DNA from: Geosiphon pyriformis uo1
Lineage: Eukaryota; Fungi; Glomeromycota
DNA length: 64,000 nt
Assembly: GCA_016748015.1 (NCBI GenBank)
Contig: JAAOMT010000607.1
Span: 310,001 to 374,000, forward strand
Direction: 5' to 3'
The translations under genes and the position numbers were made by a program. Each line of letters begins with the position of its first letter. Position 1 is the stretch's first letter. This document shows, in pieces, positions 53,185 to 64,000 of this stretch. The notes under the pieces are model-generated. The model did not search any database. It was not told the origin of the DNA and saw nothing but the letters and a program-made list of their open reading frames with translations.

Positions 53185-54945
53185 CAATCTTTAAATGTCC
53201 TTGTTTACCACAATAGTGGCAAACATGCATCTCCTGCTGCCACTGTTAATTGGTCAAGGATGATAGAAATGATTGATTTTTGAAATAATTAGAGTTTCCC
53301 TGATTATTGCGTCATTGTGGAGGTTGATAGATTGCCTGATTGTTAGCTAAGTATCTCTCTAATTTTTGGTTGATGAAATTACTGAATTGTTTCAACTTAG
53401 AATCCAATTCAGATAATTTGTTCATTACTAGATTGATAGCTTGGATGTGGTTAGTTTTAAGTTCAGCTGCTTCAAAATCTCTGGCGTTTGTAACTGTAGC
53501 TTGAAGGTCTGCTGGATGCATTGGGCATATATGCTAAAGGATGCTATTGCATAGACCTTAAATGAATTGATTTAGGATTTGGGGCACTGTAAAATAATCA
53601 GCCTGGATTGCCTGGATTTGACACAGAGTTCTATGAAAGCATCTCAAGTAAGTGGTGATGGCTTCAGTCTCTCCCTGTTTGATGGTGATAAAAGTGTTTG
53701 CCAATCAATTGATGCTATTATTATTACTGAAGTATTGTAGAAATGCAATCTTAAAGGCATTAAAATCCTGGGGTTTGTTGGCTAGGTTTTGATATCATAC
53801 ATTGGCAGTATCTTGAAGAAAGTATGGGATGGTTTGCATGACTCTGTTGTCATTCCATCCATTGGCTGTGATGGCTTTTTCCATATCATTTAGCCACACT
53901 TGGACATTATTCTCTTCGCCAGTAAATTTTTCAAGTTTGGCAATTGGTACATATGCCATTTGTTGTTGTTGTTGTGGCTGTTGAAATGGCTGCTATGGTT
54001 GTTGAAGTGGTTGAAGTGGTTGTTGGAGAGGTTGTTGAAGTGGATCAATAATTGGTTCAATTGGTAACTGATTGATGATGATTACTGGAGATAAGTTTTG
54101 CTGATTAATTGTTTCAGAGTTTGTAATGTTCGGATTTGGTGGATTTTGAAAATTTGGAGTTTCAATTTCTGGATTTTCTAAATTTAAATCTTGCTAAGTC
54201 TGAAAGTTCAGGGTTTCAATGTTCAAGTTTTCTGGAATTGGGTTTTAGTAAGTAAATTCCTGATCTTCGGCTTCTTCTTCTTCTTTCTTTTCTAATTCTG
54301 TTATCTTCTAGGAACTCGCGTTTCCAAAATCTGATTAAGATGACAGTAATCGGAATCTTAATGGTGTTGGCGATTGTGATTTAAATCCTTTAAAATAATT
54401 GCTGTAGGTTCCTAGTAATTCTGCTTTCTTTTGTTTATTTTGAAATGGAAGTTATCCAAATGTTGATGTTGCATGTAATGTTGATACACCTGTTGATGAG
54501 ATGTTGATAGTGCTTCCTGGTGTGTAATAGTATGATAGATTGATTGGTGATTCAACTTGGGTTTTCTTCTAAGTAGGTAGTTGTATTTGTTTTGGTGTTA
54601 TTGCTGGTGTTTACAATCTTCTTTTGCTTTTGTCTGCATAGGTGATAGGGAATTGTTGTTGTGTATCTTTCAATGGTTTGATTGATTTTCCTAATGATTG
54701 GTGCAAAACTATAGTTTTTTGGTAAGCTGGTATGTTGAAATAATTCTGTATAAAAGTTTTCTCTTGCTGATTTAATGTTAACTATTCCTCCTAAACAGTC
54801 TGTGATTTTATTGTTGACATAGAAGTTGAAGGCTGATTCTGCTGGGAAGTAGTTATTGTTTAATCCTAATTGTTGACTGTACTGTTAAAACAAGAATTTA
54901 GCAAATCCTAGATGGTTTGCTCTTATGTTTTCTGGTTTTGTTACT
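53185..54945 (-). pseudogene. gag: gag of copy E
   Basis: KLEKFTGEENNVQVW, AITANGWNDN, and CHYCGKQGHLKIDC knuckle. Confidence 0.85.
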
Positions 54946-54986
54946 TTTGGATGATTGTTGTTGGTGCTGATTCTTTGTAGAATTAT

Positions 54987-55004
54987 ATTTCACAAGAAGA
55001 ACCA
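54987..55004 (-). promoter_or_regulatory. Primer binding site of copy E
   Basis: TGGTTCTTCTTGTGAAAT, 2 nt inside the LTR. Confidence 0.7.
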
Positions 55005-55006
55005 AA

Positions 55007-55907
55007 TGTTACAGGTGATTATTTGGGGTCTCAGATCAAATAACAAATCTGTAACTTGGTGCTTGATTGATAGGCTAATGGTAATATTTGAAGGTGTTGT
55101 TTATCTAAAGATTTTTGTTGTAGAGTTTTTTGTATAATGGACAGAGATTTAATTAATGGTTTTATCTGTAGCTTTTTGAAACTGCAGTTTCATCAAATTT
55201 TTTTCTCAGCATGGTGGCCGGTAATCCTTCTGGTAAGCTATTCTCAAATCTATAAGTATTCTACCCTTGTTTCATGGATCTTTTACCAGTCTCTATGATG
55301 TCTGTATCTCAGTGCTTAATTTTTAATCAATTTAGTAAAAACCAAAGAAATAACAAAAGAAATAAAAGAAAAATAAAAGAAAAAATAAAGAAACAAGTAA
55401 AAGCAATTGCAAGTTAGTATCCTGTCAATAGCCATGATCAAGAGCTATTGTTCTAGTATGGTTAAGTATCAATTACTATCAACATAAAGTATTGATAGTG
55501 GAGAGTGGAGTTTTAAGATAAAGAATAATTATTTTATTGATATCTGTGAATTGGAAGATTGCTTAGATGAAATTTAAACTAAAAGATCTTTAACTAAAGA
55601 ATTCTGCTTTTTCTACTTTTAACACTACCAATATATATACATAATTGATGTTCTACAAGATTGCTCACATTCTTGAGCAATGTGCTATGATTTCTTGAGT
55701 AATACTTACATTGCTAAGCAATGTGCCCTAATTTTCTAATATTGCTCCACATTGCTGAGCAATGTGTCATGATTTTTGACATTGCTCCACATTGTTGAGC
55801 AATGCACTGTGATTCTTGACATTGCTAAGCAATGTGTTTATGTACTAATTACTTATTCTCTTATTGGTCTACAATTTTTCTATATCTGTTTCTTTTTATG
55901 AGTAACA
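55007..55907 (-). repeat. 5' LTR of copy E (901 bp) with a palindromic CACATTGCTNAGCAATGTG array
   Basis: TG...CA termini; array at ~55660-55836. Confidence 0.95.
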
Positions 55908-55911
55908 TTAC

Positions 55912-56143
55912 ACAAGCACAAGCAATATATTGATTACAAGGTGGATTCCAAAACTGACCAGAAATACTACTCAATCCAAAAATAAATACAGTTATTACTA
56001 ATTAAATGGGTAAGATGACTAATGCCCAATTTGAGAAATTACAGATTAAAATAACACAAATAATTCTCAAAAAAGAAGTTCAAAATATAATTCAATCTGG
56101 AGAATTAGAAAAATTAGAAGATCTTGATGGAACTCAATATTAA
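55912..56143 (+). pseudogene. ORF3 of copy D, 3' part
   Basis: Resumes TQAQAIY.. and ends EDLDGTQY* before the PPT. Confidence 0.8.
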
Positions 56144-56156
56144 AAAAATAAAATAA

Positions 56157-57016
56157 TGTTACTCATAAAATATAGGAATTATATTAATATATAAATTAGC
56201 CAATTAAAAATAGACATAGTAAATAGGAAATTCCAGGATTTCTCTCAAAGAAATTGCAAGATTCCAGAATTATAGAATTCTCATATAAAGAATTGCAGGA
56301 TTCCAGAATTACAGAATTTTTGTATAAAAAATTGCAAGATTTCAGAATTCCAGAATTTTTTTTGAGGAATTGCAGAATTCCTGGTGCAAAAAATTGAGAA
56401 ATTAAGAAATCTCAATTATATATATATAGTAATAACATTAAAAACAAAAAAGACAGACATCTGAGTTCTACTTCCTAGTTAGTATTCATATATTTACACT
56501 ATTAATAAATATACTTATTGATTATATCAATTCAATTGTTCACTATCAATACTTTATATTGATAGTAACCTATACTTAACTATACTGAAACAATAGCTCT
56601 TAATCATAGCTATTAATAGAATATTAACATCAATTGCTTTGGCTTTAATTTTTTTAATTTTTTTAATTTTTTTTATTTTCTGTTTATTGTTGTATACTAA
56701 TTGATTGAGAATTAAGTACTGAATTACTAACATTAAGAATTGTCTGGTAAAAGACTCCAAGCAAGAGAATAAAACATTTGAAATTAAAAATTACTTATCA
56801 AAGAATTGCCAGCCACCAAGCCGAGAAAAAAATTGATGGAAATGCAATTCTGAGAGACTACTAAAAACAAATATTGAATTTTTGTCCATTATACAAAGAA
56901 CTTAACCAAACTCTTCAGATACCAAAACCTTCAGGTATCATTAACTATATCTACTATTAAGCACCAAGTTATGAATTTGTTATTTAATTTGAGATTCCAA
57001 ATAATCATCTGTAACA
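56157..57016 (+). repeat. 3' LTR of copy D
   Basis: TGTTACTCATA...CTGTAACA; direct repeat of 36003-36816. Confidence 0.93.
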
Positions 57017-57687
57017 GTGGTAAAATAGAGTTGTCTGATCATGTTTTTACTTGTGCTGGTAATATTGGTTTTTATAAAAACATTTTGGTTAAGATTGCTA
57101 AAAAACGAGAGTCACTAGTATGTTTTTTTTGCTTATTTACTTCTGCTATTTTGTGTTCATTTTTAATGTATTCTTTGAATATGAGTCTGTATACTGCTAT
57201 TTTCAAAGATTTTGTGCTAAAAAATTAGTATGCTAAAACTGTTTTGGTTTTTGATGAAGAAAAAAAAACTGTTTTAGTTCTTATTAAATATGTTAAGTTT
57301 TTGGTAGAATTGTATTGTACTAAGATGTAACTTATTAAGTTCAAACATAAGGTGAATATAAAAAAGACTAGATTAGTCAAAAATAATAATTTGATTTCAG
57401 ACTTGTCTTGCTATATAGTGTCTATGTTGTTAGATAGGGTGGTTTATATGCTTAGTATTATAAAATTCTTTGCTATTAGTTTTAACAGATGCAAAATGTG
57501 CCATTTTTTTTCTGGTTTAAGTGGTGATACTTTTGTTAATATAAACATGTAATATTGTCTTGTTTAATCTAAGTAGCTGGCTATATATAATATGAGTGTG
57601 AACTGTATTTAGTTTGAGCCACTTAGTTTAGGTCTATATACTAAATAACAGTTGGACTTTATTCATAAATTTCATAATAATAAAAAA
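57017..57687 (+). mobile_element. 3' fragment of a third LINE (LINE-c)
   Basis: GKIELSDHVFTC finger, FFSGLSGDTFVNI terminus, 3' UTR similar to LINE-a/b, (TAA)n-A tail. Confidence 0.85.
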
Positions 57688-60600
57688 TATTAAATAAATT
57701 ATAAATTATTGTTTTAATTTTTAAATATATATTAGCATTTAATATAATTGTTATTTATTTTAACAGTTAAATTATTCTAATATATATATATATTATTAAA
57801 CTTATTTTAACACTATTAAATCTGTATAATTACTGTTAAATAGAAAAAAAACAAATTATAAACATTATTTATGTTAAAAAAATTTAATTATTTAGTCAAA
57901 AATAAAAAGTCATTTAAGTATTATAAGCAATAATAATATTAATATTTTGGCCAATAAAACTATTTACTTATTATTATTTTTTTATAATAATTTAAAAAAT
58001 ATTTTTTTTGGCTAATAATATTGTTGTTTTTGTAAATATTTGGTATTTTATTTACAATATTACAAAATATTATGTTATGTTTAATAAAAAAACTAGTTCT
58101 AATATTAATATAATTATTAATTTAATAATTAAAAATATTAAATAAACTTATACTTTTTTAATATAATATTTTAATTTTTATATAATATTTAATTTTATTA
58201 ACAAATCTTTAACTAATTTACATCTATATTTAATAAAAACAATTTATAAATAGTTGTTAATTGTGATTAGAAAATATTTTTATAACAAATATAATCTAAA
58301 AGTTATATATCTATATTATAAAAAAATTTACAAATTATTAGAAGTTACTAATAAATATTTACTTTTTATTGTTTTTAATTTTACAAATTTTTTTCTTTTA
58401 TATTTTTGATAATAAGTTGTATACTGTTTTTTACAAGAGATTTATTTTCAAAAATTAATTTGTAAAAACAGTTTTAATCTTTGGGAATATTAAAAATATT
58501 ATTTTAGTTTTAATTAATTTTATGTAATAATTAATTATAGTTTACAAAGACAAAATATAACTGTATTAAATCAAATATAAAGCTATTATAAAAAAGAGTA
58601 GTTTAATTAATAATACTAAAATAATATTATATAGTTTATATAATTTATTATATAAGTTTTTACTTAATATAATATATATATTTAAAACTTTTGTAAGTTT
58701 TAATTTATATAAATAATGTTTATTTTTTTTGATTTATGTATATAAATATATAATATAATCTTAATTTAAATAATTAATTACATGTAGTAAATATATAAAT
58801 TATATTTAAATAAAAATATTTAATCTGTTTTTATATATTAAATAATAATTAAACTATATGTTAATTAATTTAATAATAAAAAACTTTTTAACAATTTTAA
58901 AATATTCTTGTTAAAATTTTTTTATTAAAATAATTATTTTTAATATATTTTAAAATAAATTTAATATAATTATTCAAGTTTATATTATTAATATAATACA
59001 AATTATTTATAGTTATTAAACAATTTATATAATTTTAAATTATATCTAGTTTTCTAATTTTAATAATATTAAAAAACTAAACTGTAAATATAATAGATTA
59101 AGTTCTTTTCTTTCACATTTATAGTTTAATTTTTTGAATTATATTATAATTTATAAAGTTATTAAAGTTTAAAATTAGCCACTTTTATTATTAATCTTTA
59201 ATTTTCAGATGCCAATCAATCAAATTTTAGCCAATCAGCAATTATTAAAGTTATATTATCATGTAATAAATTATCAAAATATTATTATTTTCAAAAAGAC
59301 TTTTAATTAATATTAATCTAATTTTTAGATGATCAATTTTTTATAAAGATATAATATCTTGGTCTGTGTGTTTTTTGTTAGTAATATGGCATTATTAACC
59401 ATGAATATTTTATTTACACTACTAACATATTTGGTTGTCATTATTGGGACAGAAACCCAAATATTAATATTGTTTACACCAAGTATCAAAGTAATTGTAA
59501 AAGTACTATGAGCAATTGTCAAAAAATTTGGAAATATTATTTGCACTCTATTTATAACCTTGTATTATTATAATGTAAATACTTACTTTAAATTTACAAA
59601 TAATTTTTCAATGACTATAATTTTGTATTTTAAAGAATTGTTTGGATTTAAGAGATATATGAAATTTTTTGTAATAAAGATTTCTGGTTAAATTTAATAT
59701 TTAAATAATGAATTATACCAAAAAAAAATATAACAACTAAAATACTTATTGTGTATTTGACCAAATTATAATCTAGTTTTAAAATTGGTTTCCTAGGTTG
59801 TAAAAAAAATTTTGATTGTTGAATATTTCAACAACTTATTAGAATATAATATATAATAGCTTATTACAATAATCAAAAAACTTACATTAATTGGTGTTAA
59901 TTTAGGAGAATCAGATTGGAATTAAAAGATCTTTGGTTTTATCTTAATTAAGAGAATTAAAGTTGTCTTAAAGCTTATAATTTTAAATAGCTCTTTTTTG
60001 TTAGTGTTGTATATTTTTCAACAAGTTTGTTTTGATGCAAAAAATATATGAAACATATTAGTTCAAATAGATAAAACCCAGATTTTTTTGTAAAGACCTA
60101 ATAAACTTCTCATTTGTAAGAATTTAACATTTTTAAAAATGTGTGAATTATTATTAAAATACATAACATTTTCGAAATCAATTGCAAATTCTGATTAAAT
60201 TCATAAATAGATGATATTCTTTTCAAATTTTCTATTAATATAATGTAAAAAACATATGTTAAGTATTAAGTAACCAATGGAAAAGAAGTGCATAATATCA
60301 ATCTTAATTATGTTTAAGGATTTTGGCTTTTTAATCACATTATAATATTCTAAATATTTTTTTTTAAATGGTAAATTCATAAATAATTTGGCATATTGTT
60401 AACTACTGAATATGAAAATAAGAGGTTACAACTAGGCTGTAATACTAAAATTGAAATTTATCTCAAATATTCTTACCTACTATCTTTTTGATTAACAATT
60501 ATTTACAATAAATCTTTTATTAACTCTGAAGAATCAACTTTAATTTGAAAATTGGGTTTCTTTTAAGTTAGTTGTTTAATTGTCAATATTAGACTTTTTT

Positions 60601-60936
60601 GTCCAAATTTCTTGTCATAAGTTAAAGAGATTTTTGTGGCAACTATTTTTATTGATATTATCTGAATTTTTAGTTCAGATGATCTCTTCAATTCCAATAA
60701 AAATTTTTTTGATAAATACCAAAGGAGCTTTTTTTTGATTGCTTTTTATTCAAAACTACAAAACAGAAATTAAAGTTTAAATTAGAACCAAAGAGATTTA
60801 AAAAATAGAGATATATCTGAGTTAAAAATGCCATTTCTATTGTGATACAATTTTGTATAATATTACATGATTCAAATTTTTTAATTCTGTCTAAGCACCA
60901 ATTACACACTAAATTAACATTGTATCACATAAAAAA

Positions 60937-63060
60937 ATGCCACTTCATTCTTAAAAAAAAAAGTTAAAGATCAAATTAGAATTACAAAAAAATTATATAA
61001 AAAAATACATCATATTACTTCAATAAATAATCATAATATTAAAATAAATGAATTTAACAAATTGAATATTAGTAATAAAGAGTAAAGCAATAATGATAAC
61101 AGTAGATAAAATGATACAAAAGATATAAAAGCCACAATTAGAATAAATACAAAATTAAAAAAATTCAGTTTAATATTAAAAAATAACAATCATCTAAAAA
61201 AAAACAAGATTCTTACATGACAAAAAAAATATTAAAGTCAACTTATTATAATAAATATAAACCAAATAGTTTATTCATTAAAGCAGCAGCCAGAACTAAA
61301 AAAATTACTATTTTTTTTAATATTAGTAATACTCAAACTACAGACTTACAATGATCTAAATTTAATAAATCTTTAAGCAATTCAGAAAGTAAGATTAATT
61401 TGTATGCTAATCAAATAAAAAAAGAGCAAAAGTTAAAAAAACATTTAAAAAAACAACATGCTCAATTAACTGTCTTTAAATATAATTAAAAAAAAGCTAT
61501 TTTTCAATATTTTATTTTATTAAATGATAATAATAAACATGAAAAAATTAATGCCAGTTTGAAAATTGCCCAAAAAATTTTTATTGATGATAGTATATAG
61601 AAAACATAAAAAATTTGATATTTTGTAAAGTATTGGTTGCTTAATGATAAGTTTTCAATATTAAAACATAGAAAATACCAAAAAACAATTATAATAATTG
61701 ATAATAAAAACATTGTAGAAAGATGTTATATTTGAATCAGAAACCAAAACTTCAATGCCATTTCAGCCATATTTAAAAAATTCATTAAGCATAAATTGTT
61801 TTCTAATATTAAAATAATGAAAAAAAAACTATTAGTCTTATAACTGCAGTAAGATGGCTCAAAATTCTTGATTATTTATTCCAACAATATCCATTAAGGC
61901 TTATATTATAATGAACATAAAAGAAATAACGTTTTGTAATCTTGAAAAGAATTTTTAGATAAAATATATAAGCATAAAAAATATATGTCTAAGTATAAAG
62001 GTGAATTTATGAATCAAATATGTCCTAACTTACTTAATAGAGAGAAAAAAAGAGTTCTTGTAGTCTATAATAAATGTATTTTTTATTTAAATAATAACAA
62101 ACATGGCATATAAACTGAACATAAAAATTTGCCACTAAAAAAAAAGGAAATAGAAAATTATTTATGGTCAGTAAATTTTTAACTAAAATTAATAGATGTT
62201 TATATTTACAACAAAATGATATAGAAAACTATTCTAATATATTAGAAAAAGCATAATGTTATTTGCAATCTGGTATAAATCAAGATAGTTATTGGACAGC
62301 AAACTATCTTCTTAAACAAATTAAATATAAAGCAATTTTAATTTTTAAGAAATTATATCCAGATTGTACAGTCATATTTGCTTTCAATAATAGCTTTAAT
62401 TATACAGTATTTAGTAAAGATACTTTAATTACAAGCAGAATAAATTTAAGTCCAGGTAGAAGACAATCATTAATACAAAATATTTTTTTTGGATTAGATA
62501 ATTAATTACAATTAATAATCTTTTTAGAAACATATTCAGATGAAAAACTTTGAGAATTGTCTAAAAAAATTAAACAAGTATTAATAGAACAAGAAAAATG
62601 ACTATCAAAAAAATTAGTATTAGAATGCAAAAAATGCAAAAAAAAAATCAAAAATTTTCAAAAGTTTCTTATTATGCACATCAAGTAATATCTTTGGAAT
62701 CTGATTTTTTTACTCAAAAAAATGCAATTACAGAATTAATCAAAAGTATAGAACATAAGTACATTTTTTTTCCAAAATTTCATTGTAAATTAAATTTTAT
62801 TGAAAAATATTAAGGAGTTGCTAAAAGATATACACATAACAAATACAATTATTCATGAAAAGAATTACAAAAAACAGTATCTAAAAGTTTTAAATTAATA
62901 TCTTTAATAACTATTAGACAATTTTCAAGAAAATATTGGTGTTATATAAATTTTTATAGAAAAAGTCTTAATGAAAAATTAGTAAAATATGCTATAAAAA
63001 AGTATTAATCTTATAAAAAAATTTCAGATAATATTCTTGAAAAATTAGACAAATTAAATA
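60937..63060 (+). pseudogene. Highly decayed IS630/Tc1/mariner-type DDE transposase
   Basis: Transition-eroded motifs: VLVVYNKCIFY (cf. HDE), IFAFNNSFNY (cf. FDN..H), FFPKFHCKLNFIEKY*G (cf. PKFHCELNxIExxWG). Start uncertain. Confidence 0.7.
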
Positions 63061-63900
63061 ATATTCAAACTTTGTAATACTGTATTTGGTTTTATATTAT
63101 ATAAAATTTAATAAAATTTTATTTTTTATTATAAATAATATATTAAAAACACATGTATATTGACCAATAAACTTTAATTATATAAATAAAAACACATAAA
63201 AATTATCATTTAAAATTTCGGACTGATTTATATTTTTGATGATTATAAATAGTTTGTATTATATTATTGATATTTTTTTAAAAAAAAAATTTTATAAAAT
63301 TTTATATTTAATTGTATTAATTATATATAAAAAAACTTGTTTTATTGGTTATAATCTGGATATATATGAACAGAACAAATGTGTTGTTATTTGTTTTGCT
63401 AATAAAGCTTTAAAAAAAACTATTATTAACTATATTTTATATTAATTAAATTATTGATAATAATTTAATTACAAAAATGTTATATAAATTTTTTATATAT
63501 ATTTTATATTATAAAAGAAAATAATTTAATTTTAAAATTACAATTAAATAATTATTTTAATACCAAAATATTTGTTTTTATTTAATTAAAAGATAATTTA
63601 AAAATTTAAAATATATACAAAAATAAGTTATAAAAAAATTTTATTAAAAACAATAATCATATAATATATTTATTAAAAATTATTTTAAATAATTAAAAAT
63701 ATTAATTATATATTTTTTTTTATTAAGTTTAATGAGTATAATCTAATTATTACTTAATATTTTAGAACAAATTAAGTATTTTAAACCAAATGTAGTTTAT
63801 GTATTTTCTATATTATTATTTGAAGAAAAAAAGCCTATTAAAAAAAGAAAGAAAAATATGACTTAAAGAAAAAATGTGACAAAATATGAAGGAACACAGA

Positions 63901-64000
63901 ATAATATACAATAACATTGGATAATACATTATAATATAGGATAATGTATTATAATGCAGGATAACATAGAATAATATATTATAATATAAGATAACATATT
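63901..64000. repeat. 10-bp-period degenerate tandem repeat (ATAAYRYAKK-like), running off the window
   Basis: Ten consecutive decamers all beginning ATAA. Confidence 0.85.

Larger units (their letters stand above)
44819..55907 (-). mobile_element. Ty3/Gypsy copy E, full-length, distinct subfamily, nested in copy D
   Basis: LTRs 44819-45589 and 55007-55907. TSD CTAC at 44815-44818 and TTAC at 55908-55911. Intact LILDSGSAG protease and YLDD RT motifs. Confidence 0.95.
36003..57016 (+). mobile_element. Ty3/Gypsy copy D, full-length, interrupted in ORF3 by copy E
   Basis: LTRs 36003-36816 and 56157-57016, PBS, gag-pol 36879-44366, ORF3 split at 44818/55912. Confidence 0.93.

Noticed and set aside
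55660-55836. Palindromic repeats with short spacers resembling a CRISPR array
   Set aside because: Spacers are short and mutually similar, the array lies inside a eukaryotic LTR, and there are no cas genes
57700-59160. Extremely AT-rich tract as a centromere, origin or organellar insertion
   Set aside because: No periodicity or recognisable gene; most simply an end-stage decayed repeat, and cannot be assigned
59160-63235. Terminal inverted repeats for the DDE transposon
   Set aside because: Only weak AT-rich similarity between ~59215 and ~63220; not supportable by eye

Overview
Eukaryotic, very AT-rich transposable-element graveyard, probably fungal (a Glomeromycotina-like repeat compartment is my inference only). 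I found no host genes, RNA genes or CRISPR arrays. Most of the window is nested, decayed copies of one unusual Ty3/Gypsy LTR-retrotransposon family with the layout LTR-PBS-gag-PR-[Cys-rich insert]-dUTPase-[pseudo-dUTPase]-RT-RH-IN(GPF, no chromodomain)-ORF3-PPT-LTR and 4-bp TSDs. The copies are A (<1-9879, -) inserted in B (9880-22774, +), which is inserted in C (22775-24603, +), and E (44819-55907, -) inserted in the ORF3 of D (36003-57016, +). Also present: two full-length RNase H-bearing LINEs (10812-17701 -, 27247-34960 +) and a LINE 3' fragment, three solo LTRs of other families with 4-bp TSDs, and a decayed IS630/Tc1-like transposase near the right end. All elements are pseudogenised, mainly by C>T/G>A transitions. 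The most interesting candidate is a conserved ~213-aa soluble ORF3 in the env position. Its sequence type co-varies with a swappable palindromic tandem-repeat module in the LTR U3, which could be an element-encoded trans-acting factor and its binding array (hypothesis only).
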